A stretch of DNA of 64,000 nt from the NCBI GenBank assembly GCA_037447605.1, contig CM074813.1:682001-746000 (forward strand), read 5' to 3'. Shown piece by piece: positions 1 through 16,012 of this stretch. Below the pieces are notes generated by a model. It did no database searches. It was not told the origin of the DNA and saw only the letters and a program-made list of their open reading frames with translations. The first letter of the stretch is position 1, and the number at the start of each line of letters is the position of its first letter. A program made the position numbers and the translations under genes. Origin of the DNA: Zygnema circumcarinatum SAG 698-1b. Lineage: Eukaryota; Plantae; Zygnematophyceae.

Positions 1-63
1 AAAGAACTTTTGGGCGGTCGCCTCACGCACTGATTCATGATGGATGACGATCTGCTCCTTCAT
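1..63 (-). CDS. Possible first exon of a gene running off the left edge (MKEQIVIHHESVREATAQKFF...), divergent from MRS2
   Basis: ATG at 63-61 on the minus strand, open for 21 codons to the window edge. No family recognised; could be chance. Confidence 0.25.
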   Translation of the reverse strand, partial: MKEQIVIHHESVREATAQKFF

Positions 64-982
64 GCTTCCTCTCTCAATCTTTCATCAAATAGAAAAAAAA
101 CGTGGGAAAAAAAAATCCATCCTCATCATATCATGTCATGTCTTGCTGTTGAAAATCACTTTTTTCTGCATCCAAAAAAATAATCAATAGTAACAATAAT
201 CAATCACGAATCCTCAGCAATAATTAAAAAACAAGAAATCAACCCAGTCTAACTGATTCAGTCAAGAAGTGAATTTGAGTAACTGATTAAGGTAAAGAAA
301 CTAATCCAGTTTAACTGATTCAGTTCACATGGCACAGTTTTGGCAACTGCAAGCCCCTCCTTCCCCAGGGTTCCCTCTCTCTCTCTCTCTTCCCCCTCGT
401 TCTCTCTCCCACTCTCACTGTTCTCGCGATACCTCTCCTTCCCTCCTCCCTCCCTCCTCCCTCCTCCCTCCTCCCGCCTTCCCTCCCTCTTCCCTTTCCC
501 CTCTCGCTCGATCCTTCATTTCCACAAAGTCCAATCTCTACCAAATCACAAAGCAGCGGCATCTTACGTCATTTCCAAGCGAAAGGATTCTCATACTCTA
601 AGACGATGCTCCCTTGTGCGCTCAAGCGCGAGATGAGAGAGAAAAGATTTAAAAAATGTAAATCGCTCTCCTTCTATCCTTCCCTCCTCCTTTCTCTCCC
701 GCGAGAGAGGGAGAGAGCGAAAGGGAGAGAGAGTGTGGGAGGGCAGTATCGACCTTTATACAAATACGATAACGGTCTACGATACGGCTCGGTTTGGCAA
801 CGCTACGATAGCGGTATATGCGGTAAGATTATTGGTCGGTATGAGTCAGTATTGAGCGATACAGTACGGTTTAGGGTTAGAGTTCGAGAATGGATGAGAC
901 ATGAAAACGCTCTCCCTCTCTCTGTCCCACTCTCGCTCTCTCTCGTGTTTTCTTTTTTTTTTTTATCTCCTTGAAAGGCATC

Positions 983-2009
983 ATGAAGAGGAGGGCGAGG
1001 GGACTGCCTGTGCTTGGAGGGGTGGGTGCGGCAGCCATGGCGGGAGGGTCGGAGAAGGCGGAGGAGAGGGAGGGAGGCGGCGGAGAGAGGGAGAGGACTG
1101 TGGGAGTGCGGAAGAAGGGCACCGCCTCGCGCCTCTGGCTCCGCATAGACGAGGAGGGCAGGACGGAGGTGAGAGGCTGAGGAGCGAGGAACTAAGAGAG
1201 AGAGAGGGAGGGAGACGGAGGGATATGAGAGAGGGACAGGGAAATGGGGGAAGAGGGCAGGAAGTGCGAAGCGGGAGAGTGAGAAAGGACGAGAGGTTGT
1301 GGAAATTAACAGGGGGGAGACAAAAAGATAAATGAAGGTAAGAATGAGAGGGGTGAAAGGATGGCCGAGGTCGAGGATTAGTGTTCTTTACAGAATGCTA
1401 TGGCATATTGAACACCTCTTCCTCCCTCCTTCCCTCCCTCCTTCCCTCCCTCCCNNNNNNNNNNCCCTCCCTCCCTCCCTCCCTCCCTCCCTCCCTCCCT
1501 CAGGCCCTGGAGGCGGACAAGTATGCCATCATGCGGCGCGTGGCCATCCCCGCGCGCGACCTCCGCATTTTGGACCCTCTCCTGTCGTACCCCTCCACCG
1601 TGCTCGGCCGCGAGAAGGCGATCGTCGTCAACCTCGAGCACATCAAGGCACTACTCTTTCATTTTGCTCTTTAGGGTGTTGCTCTTCTCTTTTTAAGCAT
1701 TTCACTGCAATTTTGTGTCTCATTGGACACTGGTTGATGGTTTCTGTAGGTGTTTCACTCAAAGCAAAATGCGACGTCCTGTCCTTTCCTCCCTCCTCCC
1801 GCCCGCTTTCTTTTAGAATTTTTGGGCGTTGCCGTGTGTGAGCTCTGAGCGAGTGTGCGGTATTTTCCGCGGGGCAGGGAATCATCACAGCGGAGGAGGT
1901 ACTGCTTCTGAATTGGCAGACTGCGGAAGTGGAGAAGCTGGTGGAAGATTTCAAGAATCGTCTCCCATTGCACTTTAATGCTCTTGGAGAGCAGGTTGGG
2001 CCCTCTTCC

Positions 2010-2063
<54 letters not shown>

Positions 2064-4557
2064 CGTTCATGTTCTCCTCTCCCCTCTTGATCTTCCTTCT
2101 CAGTTTCTTAATCAATGGAATCTATTTCAAACTCCTGCTCCCCCCTCCTCGTGTTTCCTCGTCCCTGCGCAAAGCCCTTTTGAGTTTTTCAGACCGCTAA
2201 AGACTCCAAAGTTAAAGTTTCAAAGTTTAGGGTTTCAGGATTCAGGGTTTTAGTTCTTAGGGTTAAAGTCAGGGTTAGAGTTACGATTCACTTCAGCCCT
2301 TTAGTGCGTAGCGTCAGCGTCAGGGCTAGGGTTCAGGATTCAACACTCAAAACTTCCAGGGCTTCGATTATGCCTTTGGCGTTAGGGCGCAGGTTTTAGG
2401 CTTTCGGGACCTAGTGTTCCGCGCCAGGGTTTAGGGTTTAAGGCTCTGTCCGTCCGGCGGCTTGGAGGGGCAGATGGCGGGCGAGGTCGGGGCGGAGGGG
2501 CCGCAGCGCCGAGGGCCCAACGCTCTGCCCTTTGAGTTCCGCGCCCTCGAGGTCTGCCTGGAGACGGCCTGCGGCCTGCTGGACAGGGAGGTCAGTGCGC
2601 CGCAAAACCCTGCTTTGCAAAACCCTATGGCCCTCCCAAAAAGGACTTTACATCGCTTTTGCGTGAAACCCTAAACCATAAAACCCTAAACTCTAAAACC
2701 CTAAACCCTGAACCCTAAAACCTAAACCCTAAACCCTAAACCCTGAAACCCTAAACCCTAAAACCCTAAAACCTGGCGGGGGTTCAGAGTGCGCGGCTGG
2801 AGCAGGAGGCCTATCCCGCGCTGGAGGAGCTCACTGCCACGATTTCCACTCTCAACCTCGAACGCGTCCGGCAGATAAAGAGTCGTCTCGTCACCATCTC
2901 CGGGAGGGTTCAGAAGGTGCGGCCTAGGGTTTAAGCATATGTAAGACTATGTGCTACGAATGAACATGGGGGAATCAGTTTTGGCAATAGAAAGAGGTGT
3001 TGATATGGAGGTTTGATTTTTTGTCTAGGGTTTTGGAAGAGCAGAAATCTGATGAAGGTTTTAGGGTTTCGCCGCGCAGGTGAGAGACGAGCTTGAGCAG
3101 CTTTTGGACGACGATGAGGACATGAGAGAGATGTACCTCACCGACAAGCGCCACGTGGCGCTCTCTCCCGCCTCCTCCGAGGCCGCCTTTGAGGCCGGAG
3201 AGGAGACAGGTGGCAGCGTCTCATCGGCTCATCCTGCCCACCTTCTCGATGACATAGAGCCACCTGCATCGCGACCTTTCTTCCTGGAGTAAGTCTCTCT
3301 CTCTCCCTCCTCTCCTCCCCCTTCTCTCTCCCCCTCTCCCACCTTCTCTCTCTTCTCCCTCCTCTCTCTCCCTCCCTCTCCCTCTCCCGCTCACCTTCCC
3401 CCTGCCTCTCCATTCCCCTCCCCCTCATCCCCTCTCCCACCACTCTCTCTTTCTCCCTCCCATTCCATATCCCCCTCCCTCTCTTTCTCCCTCCCATTCC
3501 ATATCCCCCTCCCTCTCCCACTCCCTCTCCCTCTCCCTCTCCCTCTCCCTCTCCCTCTCCCAACAACTTTTCCCGCTTCCTCCTGCCACTCTCTACTGTG
3601 CAGGCCGCCCTCCGACGCTCCCGAGGTCAGATTCGCGCCTCTCGCTCCCCAGGGCCTGCATGTATCTGGACTGGACCCCCGACCAGGTGCGCCGAGTCCC
3701 AGCTCCCTCTTCGCGGCCCAGTTCCGCAGCTCCCTCTCCGGCGGGCGCGCCGGCAGCCGCGGGAGCTCTCCCTCCTCCGCCGCGGGGGGGACCGCGCTCG
3801 ACGTGGAGGACCTCGAGATGCTTCTGGAAGCGTACTTTGTGCAGATCGAGGGGAGTCTAAACAAGCTATCCACGGTGAAATGCACAGAACAGAAGCATAC
3901 CCCAAATTCCTACATTCCTCAAAACATTATTATAAAGCTGAACTCTAACTATTTTAAGCTTTTCAACCCTACAACCCTCACCGTAACCCTAACCCTAATT
4001 TTACTCCCTCCCTCCCTCCCTCCCTCCCTTCCTCCCTTTCTCCCGGAGACCCTCTAAAAACCCTAAAAACCCTAAAAACCCTAACCTTTTCAACCTTACA
4101 ACCCTAACCCTAACCCTAACCCTAATTCTACTCCCTCCCTTCCGGAGGCCCACTAATCTTTTCAACCCTACAACCCTAACCCTAACCCTAATTCTACTCA
4201 CTCCCTCCCTCCCTCCCTCCCTCCCNNNNNNNNNNCCCTCCCTCCCACCCTCCCTCCCACCCTCCCTCCATACAGCTGCGCGAGTACGTGGACGACACGG
4301 AGGACTACATCAACCTGATGCTCGACGACAAGCAGAACTCTCTCCTGCAGATGAACGTGCGCCTAACCACCGCCACCCTCTTCGTGTCGGTGCTGGTTGT
4401 CGCCACCGGCGTGTTCGGCATGAACGTGCCCCTACCCCTCTTCAAGGAGGGTAGCGGCGCCGCCTTCTATTGGGTAGTCGGGGCCGGGGCCGCCGCCTGC
4501 CTCGCGCTGCACACCGCCGTCATCCTCTACGTGCGCCGGAGGGGCCTCCTCGGCTAG
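983..4557 (+). CDS. MRS2-3: CorA/MRS2-family magnesium transporter, MRS2-3 (MGT4)-like, 8 exons, 484 aa
   Basis: Exons 983-1168, 1504-1647, 1878-1994, 2474-2590, 2788-2916, 3080-3288, 3604-3874, 4276-4557 join in frame (1455 nt). Family motifs: [98 protein letters not shown], and the GMN motif between two C-terminal hydrophobic helices. Intron 2 has a GC donor. Confidence 0.95.
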
Positions 4558-4571
4558 CAGGTCGGGGGGCG

Positions 4572-4830
4572 GGGTTTAGGGTTTAGGGTTTAGGGTTTTG
4601 GGTTTTGGGTTTTGGGTTTAGGGTTTAGGGTTTAGGGTTTTGGGTTTTGGGTTTTGGGTTTTGGGTTTTGGGTTTAGGGTTTAGGGTTTAGGGTTGAGGG
4701 CGTTTAGGGTTAGGGTTTAGAGTTTTAGCGTTTAGGGGGGTAGGGTTAGGGTTTAGGGTTGAGGGTTGAGGGTTTAGGGTTTAGGGTAAGGGTTTAAGGT
4801 TGAGGGTCAGGGTTGTGGTTTGGGGGGGGG
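4572..4830 (+). repeat. Interstitial telomere-like array (TTTAGGG/TTTTGGG/TTAGGG variants)
   Basis: Read directly; starts about 15 bp after the MRS2 stop. Degenerate units continue to about 5160. Confidence 0.95.
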
Positions 4831-5719
4831 GGCGGGGCGGCAGGGTTTTGGGTTCAGACTCGGGGCTTACGGCTGTTTGGTAGAGTGTAAAGTGTAGGGG
4901 CGTTGGGGAGGGGCTTTAGGGTTTAAGGGTTGGAAGGGGTGAGGGTTGAAGGGCCTGCAGATTGCGGGGCGACGCAATGTCTCCATTCTTGAAAAGTTTT
5001 GTGTTCCAATTGTCGGCAGCAGGAGAAGTTTTTGGGTTTTTGAATTTTGAAGTTTTCGTTTTACCAAGTCAAGAGGGAGAACTGCTCCAATTCTCCTCTC
5101 TTTTCCGTTGTAGATTATTTGAGGGTTCAGGGCTGAAGAGTTTTAGGGTTTAAGGGTTTTAGAATGTTTGCCAAGGCAGCTCGCGATCACAGCTCGTCGT
5201 GAGCTGTACATCTTGTAATTAGACCTTTTTCTTTCTCCTCTTTTTTTTTTTTTGTCTTCGGTTTTGATCAAGAGAGGGGAGTAGCGACTTGTATATTTTT
5301 TCAGAGTTCGCAGGCACAGCTGTAAAAAATAGATGCCAATAATAATTTTTTCCCCCTTTTCTCGATCTCGAGCAGAATTGTAAAACCATAAGCTGAGCGT
5401 GCCTTGATTTTCTTCTCGTCTGCTTTCTTGACCGCATCCCACCCTTCATGACTAACCTACCAACGGACCGACTAACCAAGTTCATGCAAAAACGAAATTA
5501 AAAGAAATAGAAAATTAAATAAAATGCATCGTGTGACCAAGCTGCGGTCGGCCACGAGCTCATCGAACGATCTCATGGATCCTTCCTCGCCTTTTAGGGC
5601 ATATTCTGAAACCCTAAAATACGACCATCTCTAAAACCCGCAAGGTCCATAAGGTTTTTACAATCGATCCCAAAATGTCATTCAAGGGATTCCGATAGGA
5701 GCAGATGCCTTGGGCCCAG

Positions 5720-5816
5720 CTAAAAACCCTAAAACCCTAAAACCCTAAAACCCTCAAAACCCTCAAAACCCTAAATCGCTAAAAACTCTGAAACCCAAAG
5801 AACCCTAAAACCCTCC
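5720..5816 (-). repeat. Telomere-like (TTTTAGGG)n array on the minus strand, immediately after the GNAT stop codon
   Basis: Plus strand reads aaaaccctaaaaccctaaaaccctaaaaccctcaaaaccctc... Confidence 0.9.
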
Positions 5817-5824
5817 CTGAGTGG

Positions 5825-8349
5825 TCAGAAGTTCGGCCCCTTGTCGGGTAGCGGGGGAGGCAGGAGCGGGGGCGGGAGCGTCAGGGGGCGGCCTCTCTCC
5901 GCGCGGCGCGTGTACATCATCGTGGCGGCCCCCGTGAGGTCGAACTGGAACCCGCGCCGGGCGAAGTAGGAGCTGCAGGAGAGAGAGAGAGTGAGAGGGA
6001 GAGAGAGAGGAGAGAGAGAGAGAGGGAGAGAGAGGAGAGAAGAGGAGAGAGAGAGAAGGGGAGAGAGGGCGAGAGAGAGAGAGGGGGGGAGGAAGGGAGG
6101 GAGGGAAAGAGAGAGAGAGGGAGAGCAAAAGCGGGAGAGCGAGAGAGAGAGAAGGCACGTGTTACAAACGGACTCCAACAGATTTCAAAAACATAGAAAC
6201 TGCATGAGTCACAGTGAAGCAGGGAAGGACCCAAAACCCTAAACCCTGCTTTCGAGGTTAGATTGTAATGTAAAGCACATTAGTCCTAAAACCCTGAACC
6301 CCAAAACCTTACGACCTCTCCCAAAAGACTCACCACTGGCTTTCTGGCATCAGCGCTGAAATGTCCGTAATTCCGCGATAACTGAGTTCCCTGCCAATCG
6401 CCAAACATTCAAACGGATTTTAGGTTCAGAGGATTAGGGTATAGGATTCGTAGGATTCCGTGGTCAGCAACGAAATTTTTCATCCAATCATGTGCTTTTA
6501 AGGACAGATTGTTTTGTTCTTTCGGGGGAGGGGGAGGGGGAGAGGAAGGAACAGAGAGAGAAACAGAGGGAGGACAGGATGGAGGAGTGGGAGTGGGGAT
6601 GAGGAGAGGGGAGAGGGAGAGGGTAGAGGAAGAGAGAGAGAGAGCGAGAGAGGGGGGGAATTGATAGGTTCAGAGAGATTAAATGTTCTGAGATTTCACC
6701 GAACAATGCGCTGCAGCACCATCTTCCCGAGACCCAAACCCTGCAGAGAGGGCGCCACCTGGCATGGCGATATGCACGAGGGGAGAAAAAGTATCAGCCA
6801 CAAAAATTCATTTCTCGAAAAGGAAAATCCTTTCAACAAAGAACCTAACATCCATTTTTAGGGTCCCTTTTTTTTTTTTGCCTTTTCTTTCTCTTTGAAG
6901 CTCACCGCTATGTCGTGAATGGAAGCCGTGAGAGTGGTGTCCGATGCAGCCCTCCCAAAGGCCACGAGCCGCTTCGGCCCCTTCTGCCGGCCGGGCCCGA
7001 ACTGCCACCATCCCTGAACCCCCTCTGAACCCTCCTCCTCCGCCTCCTCCAATGGCGGCTCTGAACCCTTCGCTTCCGTCCGCATGTAGTCGTCCCCCGG
7101 GAAGGGACTCCGCGCATGTAGCGACACCACGACCGTGCTGTTCAACGGCGAACGGAACGGAACGGGAACAGTAACGGAATCGGAATGGGGCATAGAAAGG
7201 GGAGTCAGAAGGAAGTCCCTGGGCCTGGCTCATGGGTTTTAGGTTTTAGGGGTTATAGGGTGCTAAGGGGTTTTAAGGGTTTTGGGGCTAAGCATGTTCG
7301 GGTTTTTAGGGCTAAGGAAGTTTAGGGTTTCAGAGTTTGGGGGTTTAGAGGAGACAATTTAAGAATTCAGCGACTGTATTCTGTATTCTGTATTCTGTAT
7401 TCTGTATTCTGTATTCTGTATTCTGTATTCTGTATTCTGTATTCTGTATTCTGTATTCTGACAGTTTTTGACTGATTTGATGCAAAAAGTTTCAAAAGGA
7501 TCTATATGAATTGACACGTTGCATTCATTGCTAGCCGTACAAGAGGTTAACAAAAGGCGATAAGTAACAGACCTGCTTTAGATCTTTTTTAAGTTTTAAT
7601 GGTTCTGCCGTTTGGTTTTCACGAATTCTTTTTCAAACGTTCATCTGATTCTTAAAAAAACAGGACAACAAAAAATAGAAAAGGAATTACGAAAAGGGGA
7701 GCTTCCAGTTGGGCTACCTGTGCATGAGAGCGCGCTTCAATTTCCGCAAGTCGACCGGTACAACTTTTCCATTATCCATTTTCTGAGGAAATGTATCACA
7801 ATTCTGCCCCACGGCTGCAAGTAGAAATTTTAATTCCTCCAAATTCACGTCGCTTGGATCCAAACTTAATGTGAGAGAAGGCAGCTTTCTCTTCTTCTGC
7901 CTCCCATTCCGTGCAGTTTTTAGGGTTTCCCCAATTGGTTTCTGTATAGAAAAGACTTCCCTTCCTCTCTGAGGCTCACCCACTCTTTTTTTTGACGGAA
8001 TGTCGACAGAACTATCAAAATTTTCTCCATTTTTTTGCTCAAACATGCGTTCCTGTGGACCTGCTTCAGAGACAACGCTTAAGGGGACTGCATGCTTGAA
8101 ATGAAACCCTATCTTTCCCCTTGCAGTTCCTCTTTTCCCTCTTTTGGACCTTCTTGCCTCATCTCTACTTGCTGAACTCCAATTTAGGGTTTCTACACCA
8201 CTATTTGCTAAGCCGAACGAAGGGAAACTCCTGGGAAATGGGCTGTGTGACACGTGCCCACCGGAGGGTTTCACCGTTTTAGAAAAAGCAAATGTTCCGA
8301 ATTGCCCCAATTTGTGAACCCTAGAAACTGCTCCGTGAAGCTCCTGCAT
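5825..8349 (-). CDS. GNAT3: GNAT-family N-acetyltransferase, plastid GNAT3-like, 5 exons, 375 aa
   Basis: Exons 8349-7718, 7137-6906, 6758-6700, 6390-6334, 5972-5825, all GT-AG, in frame (1128 nt). Joined protein: LSLDPSDVNLEELKFLL...VDLRKLKRALMHSTVVVSL...RLVAFGRAASDTTLTASIHDIAVAPSLQGLGLGKMVLQRIVRELSYRGITDISAL...YFARRGFQFDLTGAATMMYTR. This contains the acetyl-CoA-binding QxxGxG motif and matches my recollection of Arabidopsis GNAT3. The long N-terminal extension could be a transit peptide. Confidence 0.88.
7374..7460 (+). repeat. (CTGTATT)n heptamer tandem repeat, about 12 copies, in GNAT intron 1
   Basis: Read directly. Confidence 0.95.
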
Positions 8350-9225
8350 GTTCCTGTCGTCTGCGCCGACAGCATTCCCGCTTCAGGAAACCCTACATGC
8401 CTGCAAACCGAAGTAATGTAGATGTAATAATGTTTTTCTACCCCAAAAACTCCTCAATCCTGGCGGTCCTCGTGGAACTCCACTTGCGCATAACGCATGC
8501 ACGCATGCAGTGGAGAGGGAGGAGCTGATGGGTCATACATACATCCCTCACTTCCAACTGATGGGTCATGGTGTCCCTGCCGTCGATGGCCATAGATGGA
8601 TGGATAAATAGCCCGATGGGGCCATGAGCCATGAGTTGGGCACGTGTCACGAGTCATGACCAAGGGGTTGCAGGTTCGGCGATAACTGTTGGTAAATAAT
8701 TGTCGTAATTTTTCGGGTGCAGTAACGATTACTGGAGCAGACTGACAATCGAGAAGCATACAAAGGGCTTTCAAGGGACACAGGCTGAAGGTACGCTGTG
8801 GGCTCGCACTGGCAGGAAGGTCTGACCATTGATTGATCATTACACGTACACATACATGTAATGATTGTCTCCAGGATTTGCATTACAATTAATCAGTTTG
8901 TGTTTGTGTGGACACAGACTGACTCCATAAGTAAAGCAAGCGCGTTAAAAACTTCTCATCATACAAATTGCAAGCGCCATAGGTTCACATCACGTCAAAG
9001 TATATCTCACACATCTGCCTGCTGTACTAAGCATGGCATCTGACCACTATGTACAGTACATGATGACTGGTATGCGAGCCATGCCGACAAGTCCCATGCC
9101 CATGCCCATGCCCATGCCCGCACATGACATCAGCTCGAGTGTGGACATCCTTCTCATGGCCTTCAAACAGTTCAAGGGCAGTATAAAGCTCTAAGTTGCA
9201 AGCTCCGCAGGAACACAAAAGAAGG

Positions 9226-13045
<3,820 letters not shown>

Positions 13046-14586
13046 AGCTTTCTTCCCGAAGAGGAAAGCTTGCAAAGAGTTTGAATTCTATTTTCCAAGG
13101 AGCTTTAGGGTGCAATGCTGCCACCGTGAGACCTCCGCCGAGTTAGAATCGAATCGACAGTGCGCAATTTATCACTTGTGATTTGTGAAAAAATGTTGTT
13201 TATCTGCAGGATAAATCAATGAGGGCCATCAGATGAGTGGACGCAAGGGGGCATGATAAAAAAAAATGAAAAGTATGAGAACGTTCGCTGCAGAATCATC
13301 AGATAAATGAATCGATCTGCAGACAAGCGAGCACATGCCGATTGAGACTTTGCTGTCTGAGTGAGAGTAACTCGACAAGCAGCAACCGCATTTCAAACAT
13401 TTTCAGAGAGTCAGGAAACAGATATACGTGATTATGGTGAGGGCACGAGCAGTTGAAACCCTAGTTGGACTCTAACTCCTCATTTTCGGTCATGGAAGTT
13501 TGCGAACTAAGGAGAGGCTTTCAAAAGTAAGCGACTATTCCATTTTCAATTCTTGAGAACTGAAAATGTAACTGCAAGTAACTGCCAGATTTCAGGTGGT
13601 TAGTCTTCTTCAAATTTGACCAAAAACAAAAATGACAGGCTTGAAATAGGTGGAGAGTTGATGGTAGGGCCCTAGAAAAGGCTCAACTCATTCATCACAT
13701 TCAGTTTGAGACGGCATCCTCATTCGATGCAGAATGTAGTATGCCTACCTCTCTCGCGCTCTCTCCCTCTCTCTCTGCCACTTTCACGCTCTCTGCCTCT
13801 GTCCCTCTTCTAGTCTCTCACACTCTTCCTCACCTCTCCCCTCTCCCTCTTCCACCTCCCTCTCATTACCCCTTCCTCAAATCCTTTTTCCAGCCCCCGC
13901 TCTATTTCCCTCTGCATCTAACCGTCCTTCTCCTTCTAATCTTCCTCCAATCGCCTTCGCTCCTACCCCTCTCGCTCACTCTTCCACACTTTCTCTCACT
14001 CTCTCTCCCTCCTTCAACCCTAACCACCACACACCGGCAATCCTCACAAGGTTCCCTGAGCCGCACTCACTTTCAATCAGGCCGGCACCTCAGATACTGT
14101 GCCAATTGCATTCAACCCATACACCTCTTTCCTCTCTTCCTCCCCCTCTTTCCCTCTTTCCCTCTTTCCCTCTTTCCCTCTTTCCCTCCTTCCCTCTCTC
14201 TGTCTCTCTCCCCTCCCTAATCCTCCAATAATACTTCCTTTCCACCTACCTAAGAGCTGTCTGAAAGTCGCTCCCTCTTGAAGGTTTTCCCGCCATCAGA
14301 CCGCGACCTCGGCCCCATCGCCGGAGAGTGCAGGCATCTCTGTATGCCTCAGTTTGTCGTCCCGTCAAACGCTGATCCTTGCGAAGTTAAAAGTGAGATT
14401 TAAACCATCAAACCATCTCTATGCTGTAACTACAATACAGTACTGTATGTCGAAAAAAAACTATTAAAGCAATTATTTCCGAACTGTCCATGTGTCCCCT
14501 AGCACATGTGACGTGCCACTGATTTTCCCGTCCTCGATTTCCTTCAAAAACTAAGGGTTGAGCTTCTTTCTTTAACCTTTTCAAAA

Positions 14587-15232
14587 GGAGAATGATAACC
14601 CCCCCCCCCCCAACATTTTCCCGTCCCCTTGAATTTTTTTTTGAGAGACAAAAATATGTTAGGGCTGCCCGAATCCTCGGATATTGGTAACCGAATCGAG
14701 TCCGTCAAACTTCATACATACTTCATGGGAAGTGATATTTCCACCCCTTTTTTGGATCCAAACACCCCTTCCCGGCCGGGCAGATTTCAAAAAGGATTAA
14801 AAACGGAAAATGCTTTTTTCACACCTTTTTGGAATCGATACCACCCTCCATCGGCAGATTTTATTTCTGCGAAACAAGGAAAATGATAACCCGTCACCCC
14901 ATTTGAATATCCCGCCTACCTAAACTTTTTTTCACGCGTGCGGTCAATCGCAGCCGTCGATTCCCTCGCAGATCGCAACACGGCAGATCACTATTTGCTC
15001 TGCAGCCGGGCTCGGTCACAGCGCATGGCTCGTGCCCACGTATCCCGCCAAAGTCCTCTCAAAAGTTTGTCCGTACAAATGTCGTACGGTCGCAACTTGA
15101 GGAACCCAAAATTTCGTACATTGAGATCTTAGACCAATCAAAATTTTCCACGTCAAAAATGTAACACGTGGCAGATGTTTATTGGCTGGGAGGTTACAAT
15201 GACGAGATCTCGGGCCGAAGGACGCGCGCACT
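14587..15232. mobile_element. Non-autonomous TIR element, family A (about 95-bp terminal module; right end probably lost in the gap at 15233)
   Basis: 14587-14680 is the reverse complement of 36509-36604 and of about 33270-33383 (roughly 80% identical by eye). 15160-15232 matches 33140-33250 (acgtggcagatg..attggctg...gggccgaRggacgcgcgcact). Confidence 0.6.
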
Positions 15233-15242
15233 NNNNNNNNNN

Positions 15243-16012
15243 GCTTCCCATGTGCTATGTTCAACCCCATAGCCCAACCATTTCACGAGGTATTCGTGAC
15301 GGGAAGATCGACCCTTTCTCACAAGACGGTGGGCTTGAATGGTTTCAACTTCATACTCAAGTTCACCCTCAAGCTGCACTGGTGGGGGAGGTGGCTGGAT
15401 CCTCCCATCGCTACGGTAGACCTTTAGCAAGCCCACATGAAAGACCGGATGCACCTTCACGTGGGATGGTAAATCCAACCTGTAAGCGACATCATTGATT
15501 CGCTTCACGACCTTAAAAGGTCCTATGAAACGGGGCCACAGCTTACGTGTTCCGCCATAAGCTTTGAGTCTCAAGTTCGCCGTACTTAGCAACACCTCAT
15601 CGCCTTCGTTGAAGGTGAGTTGGGTACGGTGACGGTCAGCATAGGCCTTTTGTCGCGACTGGGCCGCTAGCAGGGTCNNNNNNNNNNCTGGGTTCTATCC
15701 AGCCCTTGTCACGTAAAGTTGCCAACTGCTTTCGCATCTCTTCGGTTTCTTTCGGGCTTAACCGATAGATCGGCCGCCAAGGCGGCTTTTGCTCAGGCTC
15801 AAGAGGGATTGTGTGCCCCACTCCTCTAGATGGTGGCAACCCTCTTGGAAGGTCGTCAGGGAAAACATCCCTGAACTCATCCAACAGAGGTTGGATTTTG
15901 GGTGGAACGGCCGAGAGCACATCCGTAGATGTGATCTGCCATTCCTGATCTTCGTCATGAACATCCTCAGTGGCTGCCATGACATGCACCATGAACAAGG
16001 TGCAACCTTCCT
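15243..16012 (-). mobile_element. Ty3/gypsy chromovirus pol fragments separated by assembly gaps (RT N-terminus; integrase C-terminus with GPF motif and chromodomain)
   Basis: 16012-15688 reads LLDEFRDVFPDDLPRGLPPSRGVGHTIPLEP...YRLSPKETEEMRKQLATLRDKGWIEP. 15677-15243 reads KLWPRFIGPFKVVKRINDVAYRLDLP...HPVFHV...YEVETIQAHR...YLVKWLGYGVEHSTWE. Confidence 0.92.

Noticed and set aside
320-760. Short ORFs rich in LS, PS, ER or GR here and in most CT/GA tracts of the window
   Set aside because: Low-complexity leader and intron repeats with no coding signature.
745-870. Scattered TACGATA/CGATAC motifs upstream of MRS2
   Set aside because: Too short and irregular to call an element or a site.
9080-9120. 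(CATGCC)n also seen at about 53440-53480
   Set aside because: Simple microsatellite arising independently; no shared flanks.
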